A stretch of DNA of 63,187 nt, counting the filler, from Jimgerdemannia flammicorona (taxonomy: Eukaryota), in NCBI GenBank assembly GCA_003990765.1. It is 3 parts of 3 records of this genome, joined end to end, with 100 filler letters (N's around TTAATTAATTAA, not from the genome) between each part and the next. Parts side by side here need not be neighbours in the genome. Positions count along the whole stretch, not along the records: positions 21,119 to 42,108 come from RBNJ01001550.1; 2 more parts are not named here. The stretch is one strand, 5' to 3'. The notes under the pieces were generated by a model, which saw only the letters and a list, made by a program, of their open reading frames with translations, was not told where the DNA came from and ran no database searches. Shown here piece after piece: positions 24,763-37,953 of the stretch. Every line of letters starts with the position of its first letter. Position 1 is the first letter of the stretch. The position numbers and the translations under genes are program-made.

Positions 24763-26697
24763 CTACAAATCCTCATGCAAGCCCTCCTGTGCCAAATCCA
24801 AGATATGTTCCACAGTCAGTTCCTTCTTCTCAGCTTTCTGAGCCTCCAACCCTTCTAGAAGTGCAACCATAGCCCCATCCTCTTTCTCCTCAAAGTCCTC
24901 CCGATACTCCCCACAGGCCTCCTGCCAGAACTGCAAACCATGGCGTTCTGCCCAACAGTAGGCTGCCCGCTCGCCTGCAACAACCACCAACTCCGCCTTC
25001 CTCACCTCATCCACCTCATAACCCTCTTCTTCTAGTAAGATCACAAGAATCTCCCCCTTCAGTGCCCCCTCCACTCCATTACCTCGCAGAAGCTGTGCCC
25101 AGTACGCCTCTGGCATGGCCCTCAGATCCACTTCCCCCAACGCCTCTGCTGCAAGGTTATCCATCACCTTGCTCATTCACAGCAGATTCCCAATCTCCTT
25201 CCCACCAGGGGTCCCTGGTCGCCCTGCATCCAACATCGTAGTATCAGCACCTATACTGGCATCCTCATTCCACTCCTCTTCCGGGACATCCACCAGCTCA
25301 TCCTCACCAACTGCCACCACCTGGCCCCCTTTCGCCACATCCAGGACTCCAAAAGTAACTCTCTGGGCCCCCTGCATCAGTATGTCTTCTTCTGCTCCTC
25401 ACCGCCCCACCAGGCCCCTCCTGACAAGTGGGTGGGGGGTACTATCTGACTCCTTCTCCCAAACCTCGAAAGTACCATCTGCATAGGGATCCTTGCCCAG
25501 CACCTTCACCGCCCATTCTTCCATCACTACTGCCTCCTTTCCTCCTTCATTAGCCCATACACTGGCTTTGACACCTCCAGACTCCTCGGCCCTAACCACC
25601 TTCCTCTTCTCCCCTCCTGTCATACTCGCCAAGAGCTCCCTCTGCCTCAAGTGCCCCTGGGCCCACTCCCACTGCTTCTTGTCAGTGCGGATATGCTTCC
25701 CATCCACAATCTCCAGGTGCGTCGACTCCTCATAGAGCTTCCAGGCCTTTGCCCGCCATTCCACTGCACCACTCATCTCCTCCAAAGCTTCCAACAGATC
25801 CTCCTCCTCCTCCTCACTCCCCTTCACCCTTGATACCTTACAGATAAATGCCCCCCACATCAGCACTGAGGGCCAATCACCTGTCTTCCCTGTGGCCTCC
25901 CTCCCTGCCAGCCGAATCCTGACATCAATATCGCCTGTCCTAATCATCGTCCCCTCCCATACTTGGAAGCCAACATCTACCACATCCCCATACTCTGCCA
26001 TCATCTCCTCTACCCTCCTCCTCGTCTCCTCCTTCGTCACTGTGGGCACCCCCTTCACCAGCAGCTGTACCACCCTGAGATCCCATCTCAAACAGCGCAC
26101 CATAGGGACCACCACCTCTCCAACTGCCACCCCAGCCCTCAGTGCCTCCTCCAGTGGGCCCACCTCCTTAAAGCCCACCTCGACTCCCTCCAGACCCTTC
26201 AGGAACTTTACCAAAGCCGCCCCAGCCACCTGCTTCGAGATAAGCCCCAAGACCATTCTTGCCATCACCCCTAAGCCTCGGAAGCACAGTGTCACCACAA
26301 ACTCCGAAATCGACTTCTTGAGTAACGGTGCCACTGCCAGCCCTGTCACACTATTGGCCAGGTCCCCCTTCTTCATCAGGAACCCCTGTCCCACTCCCCC
26401 ATCAGCCGTCACATCTCTTTTTTTTTCCTGATCCCCCATTACACCCCCATCAACAGTCATACCCCCAGCCACAGCACCACCAGCCCCTATGCTCGCTGCT
26501 CCCCTCTGAGGGCCACTCCCCCTTCTGACACTAGCCTTGCCCTTCCCTTCAGCAGCACCAGCCCTTGGCCCAGCAGGCCATCCACCTGCCTTCACCTTGT
26601 CAGCAAAGCTGGAAGGACCAGCTCTTCCTCCAGAACCACCAGACACCAGTCTGTCTCCAGAGCCTTCTCCCACCTTCGACCCTCCAAAGGCTCCCAT
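24763..26697 (-). pseudogene. LINE ORF1
   Basis: Long frame (ORFs 25399-26898, 25177-25377, 24763-25176) upstream of ORF2, with RRM-like LLVKGVP...MAEYGDVVDV. Conserved in copy 2. Start codon uncertain. Confidence 0.8.
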
Positions 26698-27254
26698 CCC
26701 CAGGCCATAACCCCTCCCCACCTTCTGCCAGCTGAAAGCCCCAGCTTCCCCCAACCCAGTATGCCTGTTGGAACTCTTGCTCGATGATATATTGATAGTA
26801 CCTTTTCTCCTGGTTGTGTCGAAATCCGTTGCTTGAAGTTTTTGTGTAATGCGAATTGTATAGGAGAAAGGTGACATCAGAAGATTCACCTTAGTCATGA
26901 TGTTGCAGTATACACCCTGAAGAAAGGAGATAACTGAAGCCAGATCTGAAAAAGTCAGATTCGAAAATACCAGACCAAAAAGCCTGGAAAAAGAATCCTC
27001 AAGATCTATGATCTGGGAGAAGACATCCTAGCTCTCATCAGACATGCAACCTGCCAAGGATGGGCAGAAGATGCCACCAACTTCATGGAAGCCCTTGACC
27101 CTACAGTAAAGAGGGGAATTAATTACCTCCGAGACCCCTCTACTGGAGCCAGATGGCCACACCTCAACCTTAGAGCTTGGAGGCTTTTCACTAGTAGAGC
27201 TTCAGCCTTAGGAAAGCCTGAACTCAGCAAGGACATTGCTCAGTATGTCCTGCT

Positions 27255-27645
27255 GCACCCCAAGGCCAAACCCCTGACCAAAGCCCACCCAGAGGATACA
27301 GGATATGATCTTCACAGCCTGGAGGATGAATCTATTAAGCCTGGAAAAACCTTCATGGTCAGAACCGGATTAGCCATCAGCCACCTCAAGGAGCTTATAT
27401 TCAACTGACCTCAAGGTCCGGACTTGCCAGATAAGGGATAACTGTAGAAGGAGGAACCATTGACCCTGGATATACAGGCGAAATCAAGGTCATCCTATAC
27501 AACAGCAGTGCAGAATGGCACTAAATCATTAGAGGACAGAAGATTGCCCAAGCAGTCTTCATGAAGGTCAAGACCCCACAGTTACAGGAAGTCCCTGAAC
27601 TAACCAAGGGAACAAGACAAGCCAAGGGATTTGGAAGTTCAGACA
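27255..27645 (+). pseudogene. dut: dUTPase domain of element C
   Basis: KAHPEDTGYDL, SRSGLA, GGTIDPGYTGEI, KIAQAV, TRQAKGFGSS. One frameshift near 27380. Confidence 0.92.
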
Positions 27646-27991
27646 GAAAAGAGGTACATCTCCTTTAAGTCAACTACCTCAAGAGGAATGTTCCCCAGCA
27701 AGTGTATCAGCAACCAGTTAGACTACACAAGAATCTCATCCTGGAGCCCAGAGAACAAACTACCTTTGAAATCTTTGTACCACCCAACCCCAGAAATCTT
27801 TTCTTTGAACCTAAGGAAGATATCCCACACCTAGACATAGAGAGACACACATTCTCTGATAAGATGAATCCAGTACACTCCTGAGCAACCAACCAAAGTT
27901 GGGAGACCATCATCTTGCTGAAAGGAACTATCATAGGACATCTGATGCCTTTTCTCAACCGAACTCATAGGGAAGTTTATGAACTAAACCT

Positions 27992-29464
27992 ATTGGGAAA
28001 TGGCAAAAGGTCCCAGAAGAAAGGAAAGGCCCCTCTGCGACCCAGGAGACAGTGAAGCCTTCCACCAACATTGGAGAAGAATTGACACCTCAACAACAGC
28101 AACAACTAATAGAACTTCTCAACAAATATCAAGATATCTTCACCACCGATTATGGCAACCTACCATGTAACCCATCATATCACCACAGCATAAATACAGA
28201 AAATGCAACACCCATCTGACAGAAACCCTATAGAATATCCCATCACTTAAAAATATTTGAAAAAGAGCACATACAAGAACTTTTAGACAATGGAGTCATC
28301 CAACCCTCTACCAGCCCCTGGGCCAGCCCTATACTTATTGTACCAAAGAAAGGAGGATGGAGACTCTGTGTGGATTACAGAAAACTCAACTCAGTCACTG
28401 AGAAGAATGCTTATCCTTTGCCCAGAATCGATGACCTTTTGGACCAGTTACAAGATGCCAGATACTTCAGCAGTATGGACCTCTTCACAGGATTCCATGA
28501 GATCCCCATGGACCCCAAGGACATTCAAAAGACAGCCTTCCTTGCTCTAGGAAAACTGTTTGAATACCTCCGAATACTCTTTGGACTCTGCAATACACCC
28601 CCCACCTTTCAGAGGATGATGAATTCGGTCTATACTCCCTTGATCCACCACTGTCTGATTGTATACATGGACGATTCCAACATCTATTCAGCAAATTTCG
28701 AAGAACACCTGCACCACTTAGAGGAATTCTTCAAGCTCACCTGCAAGAATCACTTGAGATTGAATGCAAAGAAATGCTACTTTGGAAAACAGAAACTTGA
28801 ATTCTTAGGATTCATGGTTTCAAAGGAAGGAACTCATACAGACCCAAAGAAAACTGAGAAGATCAACAATTGGCTGGTATCCAAGACTCCAAAGGAAACA
28901 CTATCATTCTTGATGCTAGTATCCTACTACAGAAGGTTTATCAAAGATTTTGCCCAAATTGCTGCCCCAATCTGAATCCTTCTCAAGAAAGAAGTGCCAT
29001 TCAAATGGACAGAATCACAAGGAAAAGCCTTCAGAGAACTCAAGAACTGCATGACTACAGCACCAATCCTTGTGCGCCCCAATCAGAAGCCATTCATCTT
29101 GTATACAGATGCTTCCAAAGATAGCCTAGGAGCAGTTCTAGCTCAAGAAGGACCTGACCAACAGTACCATATGATAGCTTATGCAAGCAGAGCTACCAAT
29201 CAGCAGCAAATGAACTATGGTAGCACCAAACTGGAATGTCTTGCAGTCATATGGGCAGTCACCCTGTTTAAGCATTACCTCATCAGAAAAAGGTTCACCT
29301 TGATCACAGACCATGTAGCCCTCAAATGGCTATTCAACTGCAAGGAACCAGCTGGAATCCTAGCCCACTGGATCCTTATCCTTCAGGATTACAAAATCAC
29401 CATTATTTACAAAGCAGGGAAAGCCTACAACAATGTTGATGTACTTTCCCACCAGCCCCAATGA
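27992..29464 (+). pseudogene. pol: RT-RNase H of element C
   Basis: ORFs 28370-28975 (YMDD) and 28994-29464 (YTDAS, LECLAV, ITDH) lie in one frame. Confidence 0.95.
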
Positions 29465-30520
29465 ACCAGAAGAAGGGTGTCCCAAGGAACTACACTCTAA
29501 AGGAAGCTCCTCAGACCATCAAAGCACAAGAAGATCTTATCTGTAAAGAACATCAGAAGGCTCATCAAGGACAGATAAGTACAGAAGACAAGATTCGAAA
29601 ACTGTATCAACACTGGCCTCACCTCAGAACTCAAGTCCGAGACATCATCCAGAAATGTGACACTTGCCAGAAGTATCAAGGAAAGAAAAACTACCAAGCC
29701 CCTTTGCAACCGATTCCCCTACCCACTCACATCTTTCAGAGATGGAGAGTAGACATAATTGGACCCCTACCAGTTACACCAAGAAGAAACAAATACATCC
29801 TTGTATTTGTAGAACATCTGACCAAGTGGTCTGAGGCTTTCCCAATGGAAATCGCAGATGCCTTAACCATTGTGGGCCTCCTCCATAGACTCACACTCAG
29901 ATATGGACCCCCAGAAGAACTCATCTCTGACCAAGGCACAGAATTCATCAACAACATAATCACAAGTTATGTCTGAATTCACAAGATCCACCTCAAATGG
30001 ACCACATCATACCACCCTCAGACCAATGGCATGATAGAAAGGATGAACCAGACCATCAAGAAAGGACTTGCCTGAGTCAATCCTACCAATTAGGACCTCT
30101 GCTTACCTGAGATCCGATGGGAAATTCGGAACACCCCTGCCACATCCACTAAACAAAAGCCATTTGAAATGATGTTTGCTAAGAGAACAAGAACTGCTGA
30201 CTATGAGAATCTTAGAGACCTCCTCAAGAAGGCAGAACAGCTATGTAATCAAGCCCAAGGACAGATTATCAAAGCTCAGGAAAGACAAAAGAAGTATTAT
30301 AACCAAAAACGGAAGGATCAGGAGATCAAGATTGAAGATCAAGTCCTAGTTTGGAGAAGCATAATTGAGACAAACTTTGCCACCAAACTAGAACCGAAAT
30401 GGAAAGGACCTTATCTTGTACACAATATCAGAGGAATCAGTATCTACTTAAGAAGTATGGATGGATGAACCCTGAGAACACCAGTACATATCAATCGCCT
30501 CAAAATATATTTCCCCTCTG
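29461..30520 (+). pseudogene. Integrase of element C (ATG overlaps the RNase H stop)
   Basis: ORFs 29461-29976 and 30169-30468: HHCC, VDIIGP, ISDQG, KWKGPY. Confidence 0.92.
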
Positions 30521-30524
30521 CACC

Positions 30525-31040
30525 ATGAGCCAAAGGATTGATCAGTGCCTCCAGACATTGGTCCTCAGTTCCTTCCAAGCCCTACCAGTCCCTCTACCCC
30601 AATTCGGCCAAGCCAATGGAAGCCCCCTCCAGAGAATCCAAGTTTATCAAGAAAATCTCATCCTGGTCAGATGCCTACTACAAGTCCACCAACTGCAGGC
30701 CTATTATGCAATCAGTGAACAATTGCAGAACCTCCCAGCCCCAGAACAGACCTATATCAGGAACACCACAGGTCTGACCAGAAGAGACATTACTGCAGCA
30801 GACAGACTATACACCATTTACAAATGAAATATCACAGCTCTGACACAGGCACAATTCTCCCTGAATGATATTCAAGGAATGAACCCTGTTACCTATCTGA
30901 GCATCATCAACTCTGTCAAAATCCTGTTCTCTGAAGAAGAAGAAGAGCCCATAGAATGGAGTGACTCCAGTATAGACAATAAAGATGATGGAACAGGTAT
31001 AGATGCAGAAGTAGCCTATGCTTATTGGGATGATGACTGA
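30525..31040 (+). pseudogene. ORF-X of element C (172 codons incl. stop, one internal TGA)
   Basis: MSQRIDQCLQTLVLSSFQALPVPLPQF...HQLQAYYAISEQL...AADRLYTIYK*NITAL...EEEEEPIEW...AYWDDD. Confidence 0.92.
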
Positions 31041-31079
31041 AGAATAGTCTGGGACAGACTACTCTTCAGTGGGGGCTAA

Positions 31080-32551
31080 TGTGACAAACCAAAACATACC
31101 ACTCAAATTATATCTTAACCAGATGACGTGAACAATTAGACAAGATGACGTAAACACACAGTATAGTAACCAGCAACTATTGCTGTAGAAAAACTATATA
31201 AATAGCCAGACATACCAGAAAGGATCTGTTTACCTGTACAGACTCTGTACACCATACAGACTCTGTATACTGTACAGGTCCTGTACACTGTACAGACTCT
31301 GTACACCTGCCATAAGTAGCAGATCTATAGTTAGCCACATAGTAACCAGATAGCAACCAACTTGTATAAATTACCCCAGAGACAAGAGTGAATAAACCTC
31401 AGTCTGAATTGAAGTGCAAACTAAAGAAGTCTCTAAAGATTGAGCATTGGTCCCCTTATTCCACTCTGGTCCACTTTCTGATACAAAGCTGAAGATTTGC
31501 CACCAAGTTCAAGGAAGAACTTCACCGCCTTTGGAATTATTGTTATTGGTTCGCTTGCCAGATAAGTCTGAAGATTTCCACCTTTTCCGCCTTTTATGCC
31601 ACCTAAGAGAAAGCTGCCTTGCTCAAGCCAGTTTCTGATACAACTTCGCAGTGGAGCCAGTCTACGACGTAACTCTGGGCAAACGAAGCTAGTCTTTGAT
31701 GTAACTTTGCCAAGAGACCCTTTCTAAGCTGCCATCCCATTTCCCAGTTAGAGCCTGCTGATTCAGGAAGAATCCGCATCACCTGCCATTTTTGAGTTAT
31801 CCACTGTATTCCCAGTTGAAACCGATTCAGGAAGAGTCTGCACCATCCAAGTTAATTCCCAGTTAAGCCACCATTTTCAAGAAACCTGCCAAATCTACAT
31901 CATCTGCCATTTACGAGTTATCCGCCACATTCCCAGAAGAACCCCGCCAATTCAGGAAGAATTTGCATCATCCGAGTTACCTGAGTTATCTGAGTTATTG
32001 AATTATCTGAGTTATTGAATTATCCGAGTTATTCGTCATTCTCAGTAAGCCCGAGAAGAATCCGCCACCAGCATTATTCCCAGTTATTTGAATTATCCAC
32101 ATCATCCGAGCTATTATTCCCAGTAAGGAGAACCCACACCTTACATTCCCAGTGAGCCAAATCGAGCCATTCACCAGAAATCACATACTTTTAGAGATTG
32201 TCATACTACATAGAGATCATCATACAGAAATTGTATAAGGAGAACTGCTAAATTGCCAGACCATCACCCAGAAATCACATACTTTTGGAAATTGCCTTGC
32301 TATACAAAATTGTGGCATTCCCAGTTGACCCAAGAAGGAAAAGACATATACATCGCCACTACACCCAGAGAACCGTCCCAATAAAGAAACCACTCACAGA
32401 TATCCAGCTTTGACTATTATACCACTAAACACCAAAGGACCTCAGAAATCTTAGAACATTTTGTTGCTTTTGACAAAGTAACTGGGGGCTCAAGCCAAAC
32501 TACATAAACCCCCAACCTTGTAATTTGCCTCTATTGAGCCGGCATGTTACA
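31080..32551 (+). repeat. 3' LTR of element C
   Basis: TGTGACA...TGTTACA. R/U5 is homologous to the B LTRs, while the U3 segment ~31140-31315 differs. Confidence 0.93.
31234..31306. repeat. 18-bp palindromic tandem array (CTGTACAGACTCTGTACA) x4 in U3 of element C
   Basis: Read directly. It occupies the same position (after TGTTTACCTGT) as the GGACA array in B. Confidence 0.9.
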
Positions 32552-35500
32552 CTATTTATAGACTATAATTCTTTTTTTAAACTATAAGAGAAACTCTTAC
32601 TTAGTGTAATAGTAATCTCAGTATTATTTGAGATTGATCAAATACATTGTAATCTGCTTGAATATACTAAAATATATCTACTATATATTTCTATTAGCAA
32701 TCTCTCTAAATATATTTAATAAACATACTCATAAAATGTATTCCCAGTAATTACATATTTTCTAATTATTGAAAAGACTCCTAAGAAGACTGAAAAAGAC
32801 TTCTTCTATAAAGTAAAAGCAGTTCTATATTATAGATATATATTATGGGTATTTTGTAGACTATCTGTAGTAGAAAAAAGATAATATTTGTAATTATAAA
32901 ATTATTTAGATAAAATTTTTATTTGATAGCTAATTATAAATATATTTTGTAGTAATATATATTATTATATATAGACCAGATAGCAAACTTTATGATTGCT
33001 ATTCAATAGTTATATTTTCATAGTTGATTATCCAAAGATATATTTAATCTGTCTAATCTATATGAATTAAGTTTATTCAAAATATATGATTTCTTACTTA
33101 TAATTTTTATGTCTTGATAAGATATATCCTCTATAAATAGTTTTTGAGATACAGAGAGTAGTTGTAAATAATACACAGATTTATCATTTGAAAGACAAAT
33201 ATAAAATAACTAAAAAGAGCCTTCAAGAGTATAAATTATAGAGATTAACTATATGTATTAATTTTACTTGTTTTCAAATAAATATTTTTTACTAACAATT
33301 ATATCATCTATTAACCAAACTCCAGAATATACTATGGAAACTACCTCTTACAAATATTTATTCAATAATTATATCTGATATGCTTTATTAAATAAAAAAA
33401 GATATCTGGGAACATTTGGTCAATCTAACTCTTAATCTTATTAAGAGTTTATTTGATACATATATAGCAAATCTGCTTATACTAGAGCTAGATCTCCATA
33501 TTTGACTTATTCCTCAATATTCTGGACTCAAAAAATTCTCTACTGAAATTTCAAATCTTAGTTAAATAACTATAGCCAAATATCAATAATTAATATATGT
33601 AAGTATTATATATATTATAGTAAGTTTATAAACTCTTTAACTTAAAAAAAAATCTTTTAAATGATATTTCTCTCATATGAGAGGTATTTTTAAATTACTT
33701 AGTATTGTCAAATATCTCACAACATTTATTGAGTAGTACTTCTATATCTTATTACTAGTCTAGACTAAAAAAATACTTATAGATTAAGATATACTATTAT
33801 ATATCTCAATTCAATAAACTAAAAGAGCAGTTTGCAGAGATCTTTTCAAGTTTGCTAAACTTTAAAAAACTCTACTCTCTATAGTATATTTCTGAGTTAA
33901 CTCAAATATTTAGTATATCAAATAATATTAATATAGAGATAACTAAATATCAATATTACATAGAAGTTAAGATACTATATTGACAAATGAATAAATATAA
34001 TTCTCTTCTCCAAGTTGTCAAGTTTGTAGAGTACTAAATAGTACTTGAGGACAAGCTTGATCATATTATAACTAGTAAGCTTATAAATATCTCAAGCTTA
34101 CTAACAACTAAGAAATACTGAAACCTGAGTACTAGTATCACTCTATATCAATAAAGTTTCAAAATTGTTTAGGCTATATAATTTTAAACTTATCACTCAG
34201 ATGTTTTTTTATAATCTCTGGTTTATATCTAGAAATAGATATCATTATTGAGTAAATAGAAAGAATCTTCCTAAACTTTCAAATCCAAGAGTAAGTTATT
34301 TATGTTAAACCAGTCTGTAAACTTTTTTTGTAATATTTCTAATATCTCTCCTTGATCTTTATAAATTAATATCTTTACCACTTTATCAATTGGAGTTTAT
34401 AATCTATTTATAAACACAAAATTAAGTTCAGCTATATTTTACTAACTTATATATCTACTATAATTAATAGTTCTATAGGAGTCTACAATATAACTAGATA
34501 GTATTATATGATCTTATAGACATGCAGTTTGAGATAAGATAAGGTATAGATAAATATCTTTTATTTAAGTTTACCTTCTCTTTAAAATTGAGTAAGATTA
34601 CTAAGTTTATCAACTTATATATATACTTAGAGTAGTACAACATAGTAGATATTGAGGATTCTAGTATTAAAAACATAGTCTCTCATAATTGTGAGATAGG
34701 AATACCTATCACTATATAGACTAGATAGTTCAATATTATATTTATAGATATAATTATTCATATAGTATATATATAACTCTTGTTTAAGAAATATAATTCA
34801 GTAAGAAAGAACTTAGTGAGTAGATTAAATATATATTCTTTTCATTCATATTTAGTAAATAAGTATACAGATCATATATTATAGAAGGAATTTTTTTAAA
34901 TATATATTTTATTTATAAACATACAGTTAGACTAAATAGTCAAGTATATAACAGTCATATGAACTTGGCATTACTTATAATTATGACTGGTTTTTATTTG
35001 AGAAGTGTGTAGTAATATTAGTAGTACATATATGTTCAATAATAAATTATGTATAATATAAGAGTCTATGGATTATTATTAAAACCAAATCTTTATTGAC
35101 ATAAGTTGAGATTTTTATTATAATATTTATGGTATTTATTGTTCATAGTATATATAATATAGTAGTATTTATAGTATAGTTTGTAGATTCATTATAGATA
35201 TATTTTATATAGTAAATATATCTCATCTTTTCATATTTAAATTAAATCTTATTTACTTATTTCTTATAGATGGTAGATCTGGTTTGGTATTAGGTAAGAA
35301 GTTATATCATAAATCTGACATACTTCTTTGACTACATATATTGTTTCACTTTTGATCTTTTTTTCTTCTAGTAAGATAAGGTAGTATTTTTTTAACCAAA
35401 TGAGTAATTACTATTTTTCATCCTTTCTCAGTCTTGTTATACTGAATTTGTTTGTTATATCACAATTTTTTACCAAATAGATAATTTTTCACAATAGTAT

Positions 35501-36400
35501 TCTTAAAGATAGTATTGGTGGTATATTTATACAATTCAGAGTATATTTTGATTAAGTTCATTAGCTCTGAGTTTTGTTCAGAAACTATATCTTGAGCTCA
35601 TTTAAGGATAGCACTAATTTGTTAAAGTATTTTGTTAACTTTGTTAGTCTGTTTGACTTTCTTTAAAAGTCACTATTACTTTTGGTACTCAGTATTTTGT
35701 TTGGTGCTAACAGTAGTTTTTCATTTCATTAAGATTCATTCTCTATCATCAGAGAACTCTTTATCACTAGCTGGAGATAGTGATGATATTGTTCCTGTTT
35801 TACTTATATAAAACAATCCTTTATTGGCTATAATTTATATTTCTTTCCATTTTATCTGTATAGTAATAAATATCTAGATTTTATCAATAGTATTAAGAAT
35901 ATCATTCAGAAAATCAGAACAGCTGAGTCACAGCTCTATCCTGATATATAATAAATACTATTTTTTTATCATTTTTCTTATCCAGGTAGCCATGCTTGCT
36001 AGTCCTGAACTAAGTCTCAAATTTCCATATGTTTTATGAACTAAATTACTAAGAATACAGACAGAAAGCACAATATATAAACTATAATTTTATAATATGA
36101 ACTCAAATAACTGCAGACATAAACTAGTAAATGCTAATAGATTTGTTTTCTTGAAGACACAGCTATATAAACTAAATAGCAAGTATATAGATAAAAATAT
36201 ATAGTAATATAAACTAAATAGCTGTAAACTCAAACTATGTATATTAAATAATATGAATTTAAATAGCTATAAATATAAACTAGTAAATGTGAACTAAAGT
36301 TTTTTTTTTTCTAATAAATCTTATTCTTATATCTGAAGAGTAAGTTAGAGATCAGAATCTCAGTCTGATAATACTGCTATATAAAGACAAAGACAGGAGA
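32552..36400. other. Very AT-rich, CpG-poor tract, probably ancient decayed TE DNA
   Basis: Almost no ORFs and strong TpA enrichment. No domain could be assigned with confidence. Confidence 0.5.
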
Positions 36401-37236
36401 GAGAATTAGAGAAATTGGAGGCCAATTATATACTTAAATATGAATAGAAAGTTAGTTATGAAGATAATTGTTATGAGGTTGCAGAAGGTGTCTCAACAGC
36501 TATTAAGAGCTGAGCAGTAGGGTTTTGTTGGTAATAGGTTAATTAAAGATAAGATAGTCTGGATTTATAATATAATTGAGAGGACAAGGACTAGTAAGCT
36601 GAATGGAAGATTAATCTTCTTAGATCAGGAGAAGATCTATGATAAGATCTAGTGAGTCTGGCTAGAGAAGATATTGGTGAGAATTAATATCTCTTGCTAA
36701 TTCTAGTTATTGATAATTAGTATGTTAAAGAGCAGCTAGATAGCAATTTTATATAATAGTCATTATGATGTTACATTCTCTTTAGAGAGAGGAGTTTTCC
36801 AGAGAGATCTACTATTCTTAATTTTTTATACTTTATTATTAGAGCTATTAATAGACAGAATTTACTACAAAGTATTGGAGCTTCTAGTGCTAGAGGTGGT
36901 CTGAAAGATTGGGGTCTTTATAGATGATATAGCAGTTGGACTTAACTTTGTTAATGATATGAGCAAACTGAGGACTACTATGAATTGATATGAGAAGTGC
37001 TCTAGAGTAAAGCTCAACTAGTATAAGTATAAGATAATAGTACTGGAGAATAGTTTGATAAGTAGAGATATTATTGAAACTATTGTCTCTATAGAAGAGA
37101 TTGTATAGTATCTGAGTATTTTCCTATCAATATATGGATTAATCTTATCCATAACTTGGTGGGAGAAAAAAGTAGTGAAATAGAGAAATATCTTTTAGAG
37201 TTAGAGAGGAGTACTATATTTCTCTTACCAGATATA

Positions 37237-37585
37237 GTACTCTCAAAAAAATTAAATCAATTCAAATCAAATTGAATTGAGAGTCATTTGAATTAAATTG
37301 AATTGGAAATTTTTTAATTTAAATTAAATTGAGTTTAAATTAAATTGAGAGTCTAATTCAAACTTTATTTTTAGAAATATAATAACTTAATGAAAATATA
37401 TCTAAATTTAATAATCTTTAGCTTATTAGATTCATCTTATATAGGGGAATCTAACAAGCTAAAGATTGTTAAATTTGAATATATATTTGTCAAGTTATTA
37501 TATTTTGAAAAATAGAATTTAAATTAAATTTTAAATCAAATTAGCATTTGATTCAATTTGAATTAAATCAAATTGGACTTTTTAG
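37237..37585. mobile_element. Foldback MITE, copy 1 (right end degraded)
   Basis: Starts TA|GTACTCTCAA. Internally palindromic and homologous to 40168-40416. Confidence 0.75.
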
Positions 37586-37953
37586 CTTGAGTGGTAAAGA
37601 GATTACTGAAGATACATAGCTAAGGACTAGATTTGAGCTAAGAGGTAGAGTCAGATAAGTTGAGAGATCTTAGTGACTTCAGTATATAAGAGAGGTTTAG
37701 ATCTAGTAGACTTCTTGAAGAGAATATATTATCTTAAGGTCTGATGGTTGAAGTGAGTTATTGAGCTATAGAGAGAAGATTGGGTACTATTGATGCAGAG
37801 AGTCTGAGAGATAAGATTCTTTTCTAAAGGATCTTCTGATAATTTATTATCAATAATTAAACTGAAAAGTAGTAGGCAATTGAGATATAGGGGTTTCTGA
37901 TAAGAAGTGATAGAGGGAGCTCACTATATTAGTTTATATTAATATGATAATAA

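Larger units (their letters stand above)
21119..26874 (-). mobile_element. L1/Tx1-like LINE, copy 1 (3' end lost at the contig edge), abutting element C
   Basis: ORF1 plus ORF2 with AP endonuclease, RT and a C-terminal Cys/His motif. The 5' end TCACCTTTCTCCTATACAATTCGCATTACAC matches 45757 onward. Confidence 0.93.
26873..32551 (+). mobile_element. Ty3/gypsy element C, 5'-truncated sister of B (dUTPase-RT-RH-INT-ORF-X-LTR)
   Basis: Near-identical to the reverse complement of ~9870-13508 through pol. PPT CAGTGGGGGCTAA followed by the LTR. Confidence 0.95.

Noticed and set aside
25399..26898. 499-aa ORF appearing to start inside element C as a gypsy-LINE fusion
   Set aside because: The first codons are antisense gypsy sequence running across the insertion junction and the LINE 5' UTR, and LINE copy 2 lacks them.
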